Part shown: one piece after another, positions 31,254 through 41,801 of the stretch | How positions within the stretch are numbered: position 1 is the first letter of the stretch | Layout: each line of letters begins with the position of its first letter | Origin: an uncultured delta proteobacterium | GTDB lineage: Bacteria; Myxococcota_A; Polyangia; Polyangiales; Polyangiaceae | Length of the DNA: 64,000 bases | NCBI GenBank assembly: GCA_963806225.1 | Contig: CAWDXG010000004.1 | Location: 640,001 to 704,000, forward strand | Direction: 5' to 3' | The notes under the pieces: generated by a model | The model's database searches: none | What the model saw: only the letters and a program-made list of their open reading frames with translations | What the model was told of the DNA's origin: nothing | Position numbers and translations under genes: made by a program

Positions 31254-31269
31254 TGGCACAGCCGTTGCA
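31254..31269 (+). promoter_or_regulatory. sigma-54 (-24/-12) promoter
   Basis: TGGCAC-AGCCG-TTGCA exactly matches TGGCAC-N5-TTGCW; about 84 nt upstream of ATG 31353. Confidence 0.75.
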
Positions 31270-31352
31270 GCCGGTCGGGCGGTTCCCTTGCTCCTGCCCC
31301 CCCTTCGAGCAGCGGTACCGGTGGCTTCATCCTCCTGGCCAATGACTGGTAC

Positions 31353-32111
31353 ATGAGCATTCCGCGTCGAGGAAATGTTCCGATCGTGCCGCGCCTTGCG
31401 GCGATCGTTCTTGCGTCTTCTGCAGTGGTTGCCTGCGGGCACGCGGAGCCCGCGCCACCCAAGGACCCGCCCAAGGCGCCCACCTCCGCTGCCGCGATCC
31501 CCGTCGCACCGTTGAGCGGAAAGCTGCTCGGCGAGCCGTTCTCCATCAAGAGCGCTCGCTACTACGTGGACCAGCGTCCGGGCTACCAGAAGATCATCAT
31601 CAAGCTGTACGAGGTGGAGTCGTCCACCCCGTGCAAGGACTTGACGCCGCTCAAGGCGCCCGAGGTCTGGCTCCGCCACGACGGCCCGGAGCGCGTCAAG
31701 ACGGGGCAGACCGCCATCGACCTCGACGGCAAGGCTCCCTGGCAGCTCCACTACCAGATCCAGAAGGACGGGCGCTGGGTCGGCAACGGCGCCGCCCGCG
31801 CCCTGTTCGTGATCACCCAGGTCGACCCGGACATGAAGGTGCACGGCGAGCTGAGCGGTTGCTTCCGGGACGCCGCCGGCAGCTGCGTGGCGGGACGATT
31901 CGTCGCCAACTACTGCCGCATCTGGATCGACTCGCCCGTGCGCGGCTCCGATGTGATGGAGCATCCGACCAGGAACATGCCGAAGGACACGCCCGATGTC
32001 GTGCCCCCCGCCAGCGCGCTTCCGAGCGTTCCGCCGACCGCCGCCCCCACCGGCAGCGCCGCGCCGGCTGACAGCGCCGCACCTGCCTCGAGCGCGGAGC
32101 CCGGCCGATGA
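31353..32111 (+). CDS. hypothetical lipoprotein, first gene of the NrfD operon
   Basis: VVAC lipobox; beta-rich core with 4 further Cys; ATGA overlap with next gene; start may be GTG 31386. Confidence 0.75.
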   Translation: MSIPRRGNVPIVPRLAAIVLASSAVVACGHAEPAPPKDPPKAPTSAAAIPVAPLSGKLLGEPFSIKSARYYVDQRPGYQKIIIKLYEVESSTPCKDLTPLKAPEVWLRHDGPERVKTGQTAIDLDGKAPWQLHYQIQKDGRWVGNGAARALFVITQVDPDMKVHGELSGCFRDAAGSCVAGRFVANYCRIWIDSPVRGSDVMEHPTRNMPKDTPDVVPPASALPSVPPTAAPTGSAAPADSAAPASSAEPGR

Positions 32112-32644
32112 TCGCCCTCGCACGAACGCTGGCCGCGCTCGGTGCCGCCGCGCTTTTCGTGGCTTGCAGCAGCCCCGAGCCCCGCCACATGGTGGCCCCG
32201 GCGCCCTCGTCCAACGCCGTGACGGTCGCCGTCGAGCCGCGCGAGCAGCTCTTGCCAATGTATCCGTGCTCGCGTTGCCACAAGGACCAACCGACGAATC
32301 CCCAGCCACGCCAGCTGGTCAAGTTCCACGCCGTGCGCAGCCGCGAGTTCAAGCACGGCGACGGGACCTTCTGGTGCTACCAGTGCCACTCGGTCAAGAA
32401 CATCGACAAGCTGCGTACCGCCACGGGCGAGCTCGTGTCGTTCAACGAGGCGTGGAAGGTCTGCACGTCCTGCCACGGCGACAAGCTGCAGCCGTGGACG
32501 CAGGGCACCCACGGCCTGATCCTGGGTTTCTGGAACGGGGTGAAGCACAAGAAGTCCTGCCCGAACTGCCACAACCCCCACAACCCGCACCCACCCTTCC
32601 CGCCGATCAAGCCGCAGCATCCGCCGCAGCGGCCGCGCGAGTAA
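32108..32644 (+). CDS. tetraheme cytochrome c lipoprotein
   Basis: LFVAC lipobox; CSRCH, CYQCH, CTSCH, CPNCH. Confidence 0.9.
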   Translation: MIALARTLAALGAAALFVACSSPEPRHMVAPAPSSNAVTVAVEPREQLLPMYPCSRCHKDQPTNPQPRQLVKFHAVRSREFKHGDGTFWCYQCHSVKNIDKLRTATGELVSFNEAWKVCTSCHGDKLQPWTQGTHGLILGFWNGVKHKKSCPNCHNPHNPHPPFPPIKPQHPPQRPRE

Positions 32645-32654
32645 GGCACGCGCC

Positions 32655-33629
32655 ATGTCGAGGAAACTCCCTATCTACCGCGACGACGCCGCCGCCGGCG
32701 CACCGACCGCAGCGGACCGCATGGAGAAAGCGGCGGAGATCGGCCTCGGGAAGGACGGCTCGCGCCGGGATTTCCTGCGCGCCGCCGCCGCAGCCGGGCT
32801 GGCGATGACCGCGGCGCCCGCCTGCAACGATCCCGGCTTCGAGAAGTTCCTGCGCAAGCACTACAAGGAGCTGACGCCCGACGACAAGAAGCGGGTCTTC
32901 GCCAACATCGAGAAGGAAACGCTCCAGAAGACCGGCGTGAAGGTCCACATCTCCGATCCCCAGCCGATCGAGGGCGTGCACTTCGCCTACGGCCTCAACC
33001 TCTCGCACTGCAACGGCAACCGCCGCTGTGTCGAAGCCTGCGCGCGCGAGAACAACGAGCCGAACGACCCGGAGATCCGCTACATCCGCGTGATCGAGCT
33101 CGACAACGGCTCCCACGATCTCGAGGACGGCGAGATGTACTACGACCCGGCGGAAGTTCCCGAGCCGGGCAAGTACTACCTGCCGGTGCAGTGCCACCAC
33201 TGCGACAACGCACCCTGCGTGCGTGCCTGTCCGACGCAGGCCACCTGGAAGGAGCCGGACGGCATCGTCGTCATCGACTACAGCTGGTGCATCGGCTGCC
33301 GCTACTGCATGGCGGCATGCCCGTACTGGGCGCGGCATTTCAACTGGGTGGAACCATCGATCGAGCCAGACCGGATCAACCCCGATCAGGGCTACATCTC
33401 CAATCGCATCCGCCCGGTCGGCGTGGTCGAGAAGTGCACGTTCTGCCTGCACCGGACCCGGAAAGGCCGCTACCCCGCCTGCTACGAGGCGTGCCCGACG
33501 GGTGCGCGCAAGTTCGGCGACCTCGCCGATCCGGAAAGCGAGGTCCGCCAGATCTTCGAACGCCGCCGCGTCTGGATCCTCAAGGAGGAGCTAGGGACGA
33601 AACCGCGCTTCTTCTACTTCTACGGCTGA
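32655..33629 (+). CDS. Tat-exported 4Fe-4S protein (NrfC/DsrO/PsrB family)
   Basis: SRRDFLR; CHHCDNAPCVRACP, CIGCRYCMAACPY, KCTFC..PACYEACP, LGTKPRFFY. Confidence 0.92.
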   Translation: MSRKLPIYRDDAAAGAPTAADRMEKAAEIGLGKDGSRRDFLRAAAAAGLAMTAAPACNDPGFEKFLRKHYKELTPDDKKRVFANIEKETLQKTGVKVHISDPQPIEGVHFAYGLNLSHCNGNRRCVEACARENNEPNDPEIRYIRVIELDNGSHDLEDGEMYYDPAEVPEPGKYYLPVQCHHCDNAPCVRACPTQATWKEPDGIVVIDYSWCIGCRYCMAACPYWARHFNWVEPSIEPDRINPDQGYISNRIRPVGVVEKCTFCLHRTRKGRYPACYEACPTGARKFGDLADPESEVRQIFERRRVWILKEELGTKPRFFYFYG

Positions 33630-33632
33630 CCC

Positions 33633-33863
33633 ATGAAGTACGACCCCGAAACCCTGAGTCTCGGATTTTCCTCGCAGGAGGAGGTCGAGGAGTTCCATTC
33701 GGAGCTGGTCCTGCTGCTCCGCAGCGCGATGATGACGGCGACCCGCCGCATTCCCGACTCGCAACAGGCCAAAGAGGTCTCGCGCGAGGTCATCAAGGAC
33801 AACCGCGCGGTGATGCGCGCCCTGAACCTGGTGCGCCACACGCTGGCCAGGAAGGCTTTCTAG
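33633..33863 (+). CDS. small hypothetical protein (76 aa)
   Basis: Tightly packed between the Fe-S and NrfD genes (3-nt and 9-nt gaps); coding-like codon usage. Confidence 0.7.
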   Translation: MKYDPETLSLGFSSQEEVEEFHSELVLLLRSAMMTATRRIPDSQQAKEVSREVIKDNRAVMRALNLVRHTLARKAF

Positions 33864-33872
33864 CGAGGCGGC

Positions 33873-35168
33873 ATGAAGCGGTATCTCGTATTCTGGGGCA
33901 AGGTCCTGCGCCGCATCTTCGTCGGCAGCGTCCAGTACTACGTCTGGATGGCGACGCTGCTCGGCATCATCGTGCTGGGCTTCCTGTTCTACTGGCAGCA
34001 GCACCTGCACGGCATGATCACGACGAACATGACCGATCAGGTGAGCTGGGGCGCGTACATCGCGAACTTCACCTATCTGGTCGGCGTCGCCGCGGCGGCC
34101 GTGCTCCTGGTCGTGCCCTCGTACATCTACCATCGCCACGACGTGCACCAGGTCGTGCTGCTCGGCGAGATCCTCGCGTTCTCGGCGGTGAGCATGTGCC
34201 TGATGTTCATCACCGTCGACCTGGGCCGGCCGGACCGCTTCTATCACATCATGCCCTGGGTCGGCCGGATGAACTTCCCGATCTCGATGCTGGCCTGGGA
34301 CGTCGTCGTCATCAACGGGTACTTCTTCCTCAACCTCTACGTACCCGTGTACCTCTTGTACAAGCTGTACAAGCGCGAGTCGCCACAGTGGTACATGTAT
34401 CTGCCGTTCGTGATGCTGTCGATCTTCTGGGCCGTCAGCATCCACACGGTCACGGCGTTCCTGTATAGCGGCTTCGGCAGCCGGCCCTTCTGGAACTCGG
34501 CCATCCTGGCGCCGCGCTTCCTGATCGGCGCGTTCGCCTCGGGGCCGGCAATCCTGTACGTCGTCTTCCTCGCGATCAATCGCTGGAGCGACTACGAGGT
34601 CAAGGAGAGCGTGTTCACCTACCTCCGGCGGGTGATGACGTACGTCCTGCCGGTGAACCTGTTCCTGTTCGGCTGCGAGCTCTTCAAGGAGTTCTACACG
34701 CAGACGGGCGAGGTCTCCTCGTCGTACTACATGCTGTTCGGCCTGCACGGTCACCACAAGATCGTCCCCTACGTGTGGGGCGCCATCGTGATGGAAGTGG
34801 TGGCCATGGTCGTTCTCTCGGTCCCGAAGCTCTACAACAACCGCAACCTGCTCGTGACCTCGTGTGTCTTCATCGCGCTCGGCATCTGGGTCGAGAAGGG
34901 CATGGGCCTCATCATCCCGGGATTCGTGCCCGACCCGCTTGGGGAGGTGGTCGAGTACGGGCCCTCGGTGACCGAGTTCTTCGTCAGCGCCGGCGTGTGG
35001 GCGGCGGGCGCGTTCCTGTACACGGCGTTTGCGCGCGTCGCTACGGGCATCCTCTCCGGCAACATCAGCGAGCACCCCGAGCTCGGGCCGCCGATGGACG
35101 CGCTGATGGCGGGCGAGCACGAGCCCGAGGAAGGCTCCCAAGCCGCCGAGAGCGCCGCGCACGCCTAG
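33873..35168 (+). CDS. NrfD/PsrC/DsrP family quinone-reactive membrane subunit
   Basis: TDQVSWGAYIANF, VDLGRPDRF, SMLAWD, SIHTVTAFL, RPFWNS; about 10 TM helices; GAGG RBS. Confidence 0.93.
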   Translation: MKRYLVFWGKVLRRIFVGSVQYYVWMATLLGIIVLGFLFYWQQHLHGMITTNMTDQVSWGAYIANFTYLVGVAAAAVLLVVPSYIYHRHDVHQVVLLGEILAFSAVSMCLMFITVDLGRPDRFYHIMPWVGRMNFPISMLAWDVVVINGYFFLNLYVPVYLLYKLYKRESPQWYMYLPFVMLSIFWAVSIHTVTAFLYSGFGSRPFWNSAILAPRFLIGAFASGPAILYVVFLAINRWSDYEVKESVFTYLRRVMTYVLPVNLFLFGCELFKEFYTQTGEVSSSYYMLFGLHGHHKIVPYVWGAIVMEVVAMVVLSVPKLYNNRNLLVTSCVFIALGIWVEKGMGLIIPGFVPDPLGEVVEYGPSVTEFFVSAGVWAAGAFLYTAFARVATGILSGNISEHPELGPPMDALMAGEHEPEEGSQAAESAAHA

Positions 35169-35252
35169 AGCCCATCTCGCCGGGCGTGGCGGCGGGGTCG
35201 GCACAACTTTCGTACGAGGCGCGCCGCCCGGCAAATGCTGTACCCTGCGGTC

Positions 35253-36728
35253 ATGTTCGACCCCGGGCAGCAGCTCCGCGAGTACGAGATCTGGGGACGC
35301 CTGGGTGGCGGGGGGATGAGCGATGTGTGGCTGGCGCGCCACCGCGATCTCGCCATCCCGGTCATCGTCAAGACGCTGCGCCCGGATCTCAACGTCCCGC
35401 CCCAGGAGCGTGCCGAGCGCATGCTCACCGAGGCGCAGCTGATGGCGCGCATCACCAGCCCCTATGTGGTGCGCGCCTACAACGTCGGCACGCACCGCGA
35501 CACGCCGTACATGGCGCAGGAATACGTCGACGGCATCGATCTGAACGAGCTCGATCACGCGCGGCGCGAGTCGGTCGGGCACGGGCTGCCGCTGTGGTTC
35601 GTGTGCGAGGCCGCTGCCGACATCGCGCGCGCACTGCACGCGGCGCATCAGCACGGCGTGCTTCACCGCGACATCAAGCCCTCCAATTTCTTCGGCTCGC
35701 CCGAGCTCGGAACCAAGCTCGGCGACTTCGGTATTGCTGTCGCCAGACCGGTCGGGCAGATCATCGCGGGCGACGCCAGCGGCACGCTGCGCTTCATGGC
35801 GCCCGAAGCGCTGCGCGGCGAGACGCTCGATCGCCGCGCCGATGTGTTCGGGCTCGGCGCCGCTGTCTTCGACCTGCGCTACGGCTCGCCGCCGTTCCCC
35901 GATCCGCGCGTGCTGCTGGACAGCAAGCCTCGCCCCGCTTTCCCGCCGCCCACCGGGCCGGAGGAAGCGTACTTCCAGCACGTGCTAGCCCGTATGCTCG
36001 CCTGCGAGCGCGAGCAACGCTATCCGACGCTCGCCAAACCGGGGAGACTGCTCGGCGCACTGGCTCGCAATGCGCCGCGGCCGGCCGCGCCGACGCGCAG
36101 CGAAGCGGGCTTGTCACAGAACGGCACGCGCATCAGCACCGAGGTCGGCAACATCGCCGAAGCGAAGGTGGACGGCATCGTCAACAGCGCCAACTGGCAG
36201 CTCCACATGCAGACCGGCGTCGGTGACGCCCTCCGCCGCGCCGGCGGCGACGCCATCGAGGCCGAGGCGCAGGCCGGGGGCGAACACCCGCTCGGCGCGT
36301 GCGTCGTGACCGGCCCGGGGCGTCTCGACTGCCGGAAGGTGCTGCACGCCGTCAGCGCGTGGCAGCAGGCGTCCTGCGTCGGGCGCTCGACGCAACGCGC
36401 GCTGCTCGCCGCCGAGCGGCTCGGTCTCCGCTCGCTCGCCCTGCCCGCCCTCGGCACAGGCGCCGCCGCCGTGGCGTTCGAGGCGTCGGCTGCGGCGATG
36501 GCCTCGGCGCTGCGCTGGCACCTCGCCCTGGGCGGCTCGAGGCTCGAGCACGTGCGCTTCGTGCTGTACGACGAGGACAAGCGCCGCGTGTTCACCGACG
36601 TGCTCGAAGCGGCCCTGCTCGGCGAGAGCGACGACCACGCCGACCTCGGCCTCGAAGCCACCGGCGACGCAAACAGCGACGACGACATCTCCGCCGATGG
36701 CCCGACGTACTACGCGCCGGGAAGCTAG
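35253..36728 (+). CDS. Ser/Thr protein kinase fused to a C-terminal macrodomain
   Basis: GGGGMSDV, VIVK, HRDIKPSN, DFG, APE; then GNIAEAKVDGIVNSAN..GVGDAL, VTGPGRL, VLHAV, PALGTG. Confidence 0.9.
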   Translation: MFDPGQQLREYEIWGRLGGGGMSDVWLARHRDLAIPVIVKTLRPDLNVPPQERAERMLTEAQLMARITSPYVVRAYNVGTHRDTPYMAQEYVDGIDLNELDHARRESVGHGLPLWFVCEAAADIARALHAAHQHGVLHRDIKPSNFFGSPELGTKLGDFGIAVARPVGQIIAGDASGTLRFMAPEALRGETLDRRADVFGLGAAVFDLRYGSPPFPDPRVLLDSKPRPAFPPPTGPEEAYFQHVLARMLACEREQRYPTLAKPGRLLGALARNAPRPAAPTRSEAGLSQNGTRISTEVGNIAEAKVDGIVNSANWQLHMQTGVGDALRRAGGDAIEAEAQAGGEHPLGACVVTGPGRLDCRKVLHAVSAWQQASCVGRSTQRALLAAERLGLRSLALPALGTGAAAVAFEASAAAMASALRWHLALGGSRLEHVRFVLYDEDKRRVFTDVLEAALLGESDDHADLGLEATGDANSDDDISADGPTYYAPGS

Positions 36729-36735
36729 TTTTCGC

Positions 36736-37617
36736 ATGGCCACGCGACGCACACCCTTCTTCGCCGGGGCGCTAGCCCTGGTGCTGCTGACGGGCTGCCA
36801 CCACGACACGGACGACAGTAAGGCGAAGCAGGCGCACCAGCAGCTGGCGACATCGACCGGTAGGCAGTGCGCGTCGGACGCCGACTGCGTCACCGGCAAG
36901 CCCTGCGTGCGGGCGCGCTGCGTGGACGGGCATTGCCGGGCCCAGCTCGCAACGGCGGGAACCGACTGCGACAACGGCGACGTGTGCGACGGCGTCGCGC
37001 GCTGCGACCAGCGCGGCGTGTGCAGCCCCGGCGCACCCCCGGCCGTCGACGACAAGAACGCCTGCACCGTCGATTCGTGCGACCCGGTCCGGGGCGTCCT
37101 GCACACGCCCGTGGACGTCGACGACCACGACGTGTGCACGACCGACAGCTGCAATCCTGCGAACGGGGTCACGCACACGCCCGTGGACACCGATGACGGT
37201 GACGACTGCACCTTCGACAGCTGCGACCCGGAAGCAGGCGTCACGCACAAGAAGCCAGAGTCGGTCTACACCTGCAACTCGAGCTGCGGAGCGGGCTATC
37301 ATCCGGTCTCGCGCAGTCCCAGCGCACAGTGCGGCGGCAGGGATGCTCTGCAGACCTTCTGCGCCCCGGACTGCGGAGCCTCCTTCTACAGCTGCGACGC
37401 GCGCTGCCCCGAGCGCTACCACGCCGTGTCCCGCTCGCCGGCCACGCGCTGCGGCGCGGAAGGTACGCTGTACACCTTCTGCCAGAAGGACGACGAAGCC
37501 GGCTTCTATACCTGCGACGCGAGCTGCCCGCAGGGCTACCGGAAGACGACCAGCGCACCGAGCTCGCACTGCGGCCCCGATGCGTCGACGATGATCCGCT
37601 GCGTCGCGGCGCGGTAG
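36736..37617 (+). CDS. cysteine-rich repeat lipoprotein
   Basis: LLTGC lipobox; three DDxxxCTxDSCxP repeats; three ~40-aa Cys repeats at the C-terminus. Confidence 0.8.
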   Translation: MATRRTPFFAGALALVLLTGCHHDTDDSKAKQAHQQLATSTGRQCASDADCVTGKPCVRARCVDGHCRAQLATAGTDCDNGDVCDGVARCDQRGVCSPGAPPAVDDKNACTVDSCDPVRGVLHTPVDVDDHDVCTTDSCNPANGVTHTPVDTDDGDDCTFDSCDPEAGVTHKKPESVYTCNSSCGAGYHPVSRSPSAQCGGRDALQTFCAPDCGASFYSCDARCPERYHAVSRSPATRCGAEGTLYTFCQKDDEAGFYTCDASCPQGYRKTTSAPSSHCGPDASTMIRCVAAR

Positions 37618-37668
37618 GTATGGAGCTCGGCTTTTCGCTCGAGCATCAGCGGAAAGCCGAGCCCTGGG

Positions 37669-38091
37669 CTAGATCTCGACCGAGGCGTAGCCGAGCCGCT
37701 GCAGCCGGATCACCTCGAGCAGGCCGTTCGGCACACTGACGACGCCGGGTTCGAGATCGGTCTTCTTGACCCCGAGCTTGTGCATCGACAGCTCGCACGC
37801 GACAACGCGCACGCCCTGCGAGATCGCCTGGTCGAGCAGCGCTGCCTGGGGGCTGCCGCGCTCGATGGCGGTGAGCGCTTTGCCACAGACGACGACGCTG
37901 ACGTGATCCGCGCTGTGCCCGGCAAGCATCTGCTGGGTCGTCTTCAGCGACACCGGCAGGTGCGGCACCTGGCTCACCAGGATCACGACGCCGCCGTTCG
38001 CCACCACGCCGCCGGTAGAGGCCGGCGCGGCCGGCTTCGACGCACAGCCGGTCAGTGCGAACACGACGAACAGGACTGCGAGCGCCCTCAT
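37669..38091 (-). CDS. DsrE-family lipoprotein
   Basis: LTGC lipobox; VVVCGKA, GVRVVACELSM, VPNGLLEVIRLQRLGY. Confidence 0.8.
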   Translation of the reverse strand: MRALAVLFVVFALTGCASKPAAPASTGGVVANGGVVILVSQVPHLPVSLKTTQQMLAGHSADHVSVVVCGKALTAIERGSPQAALLDQAISQGVRVVACELSMHKLGVKKTDLEPGVVSVPNGLLEVIRLQRLGYASVEI

Positions 38092-38555
38092 GACGCTACC
38101 TCGGCCGGCACACGCGCACGGCGCGACGACAACCAGTTGTCGAGGCTTGGCACGTTTACGCCTGCCCCCTGCAGCGCGAAATGCAGCAGCCCGCCGAAGA
38201 GCCCGATGTTCTTGAACAGCGGCCCGATGTGCGCCGGCGAGAGCTGGACGGTGAGGGTAATCGGGAGCAGCACCAACATCAGCGCCAGCGCGGCTCCCCG
38301 GGTGCAGAGTCCCAGGAGCAGCGCCACGCCACCAGCCGCGAGCACCAGGCCGCTGGCAGACACCAGCACGGGCGCCGGACCCAATGCCAGCGCGAGGTGG
38401 GCAAACGGTGCGGCCTCGAGGCGCGGCACGATGCGCTCGGGGTGGAACAGGTGCGCGAAACCGGCAACGCAGAAGATGCCGCTCGAGAGCACCCGGAATG
38501 CGAGCTCGCCGCGAGGCGAGCCGGAGGACAGGGAGTTTCGTGAAATGTCAGTCAA
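38088..38555 (-). CDS. DoxX family membrane protein
   Basis: RVLSSGIFCVAGFAHL, GGVALLLGLCTR, FKNIGLFGGLL; TTG start preceded by AAGGA. Confidence 0.8.
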   Translation of the reverse strand: MTDISRNSLSSGSPRGELAFRVLSSGIFCVAGFAHLFHPERIVPRLEAAPFAHLALALGPAPVLVSASGLVLAAGGVALLLGLCTRGAALALMLVLLPITLTVQLSPAHIGPLFKNIGLFGGLLHFALQGAGVNVPSLDNWLSSRRARVPAEVAS

Positions 38556-38738
38556 AGGAGTTTTCCTTGTGCAGTAGACCCGTGATGCGCGACCGCGGGC
38601 AGGCGTCTGGCGGGCTGGGCGCTGCCAGCGTGGTCCCGCGGGCGCGGTTCGGCGCGCGCCGCTCCCGGATGGGATCGCGCGCACCACGCGGAAGCGGACG
38701 CGTGGCGCGTCCGGACGATGTGGGTTCGATAACGGAGA

Positions 38739-39131
38739 TCAGCTGCGTCTGGGCGGAGGCGTAGGCGGCCCCGTCGCCATGCAGGCCGGCTGCTCGACGG
38801 CCGGCCGGTGCAGGCCGTCGAACGCCGGGCGCGGCGCGAAGACCGGCCGGACAGGCGGAATCGCCGCGGAGGAGGGCGGACAGGGCCGCGCGTGACCGGA
38901 CGCGCTGGACTCGGCGCCGCCCTGGTCGTCCTTCAAGCCGGCCGGAAAATGCAGCGCCGCCGGCACGCCCGGGCGCGCTGGCGCGAACTTGTCGTGTCCG
39001 CAGCCCGGTGCCTGCCACCCTGCGGCCCGCGAGCCCCCGAACGCGAGCACCGATACCACGGCAAGCACGGCAAGTGCCGGAAGCGCGACGAGCGAGCCCG
39101 GCCGGACATGCGGATGGGGGGTGTCCTTCAC
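38739..39131 (-). CDS. possible hypothetical exported protein
   Basis: Signal-like stretch LVALPALAVLAVVSVLAFGG; the rest is low complexity. Confidence 0.25.
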   Translation of the reverse strand: MKDTPHPHVRPGSLVALPALAVLAVVSVLAFGGSRAAGWQAPGCGHDKFAPARPGVPAALHFPAGLKDDQGGAESSASGHARPCPPSSAAIPPVRPVFAPRPAFDGLHRPAVEQPACMATGPPTPPPRRS

Positions 39132-39249
39132 TTGCCGGCGGGTACGCCGGCTAGCCCGGGCCGGTTTCCCGCTGCCGGTCACTCGTAATTGCGCCCGGGC
39201 TCTGCCACTCACCCATCAACCCATGTCATTCGACGATACGGTAGGGTCT

Positions 39250-39645
39250 ATGCCAGTCACCGACGGAGACGACCCCGGCACCGACCGCGGCTCGCGACCT
39301 TCCTTTTCCGGCGATCGACGCTCGTCACCACGGATTGCTGTCGAGGCGGAGCTCGGTTTCCAGTCCGAGACCAACTTCTTCAACGGGTTCTCCGAAGATC
39401 TCTCCGATGGCGGGCTGTTCATCGCGACCTACAACGTGCTGCCGATCGGCAGCGAGCTCACGGTGACGTTCGGTCTGCCCGAGGGTCGCGAGATCACCGC
39501 CGAGGGTCGCGTGGCCTGGGTCCGCGAGCCGCACGGCGATGTCTCGCCTGGCATGGGCATCCGCTTCACCGAGCTGGGCGACGACGACCACGCTGCGATC
39601 CTGCGCTTCATCGGCGAGCGCCCGCCCGTCTTCTACGACGCGTGA
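39250..39645 (+). CDS. PilZ-domain protein, TIGR02266 (Myxococcota) family
   Basis: RRSSPR, NFFNGFSEDLSDGGLFIAT, VAWVR, PGMGIRF. Confidence 0.88.
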   Translation: MPVTDGDDPGTDRGSRPSFSGDRRSSPRIAVEAELGFQSETNFFNGFSEDLSDGGLFIATYNVLPIGSELTVTFGLPEGREITAEGRVAWVREPHGDVSPGMGIRFTELGDDDHAAILRFIGERPPVFYDA

Positions 39646-39755
39646 CGAGGGAAGGTCGCCGCGGGGCGAACGCCGGACGCGCCCGGCGGAGTGACGACGC
39701 CGGGGCGCCGCGGTAGACTCCGCGCTTCCCTTTCCGGCCCGGGGGCCCAGAGGTC

Positions 39756-41797
<2,042 letters not shown>

Positions 41798-41801
<4 letters not shown>

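Noticed and set aside
35199..35214. Sigma-54-like CGGCAC-N5-TCGTA before the kinase gene
   Set aside because: The invariant -12 GC is missing
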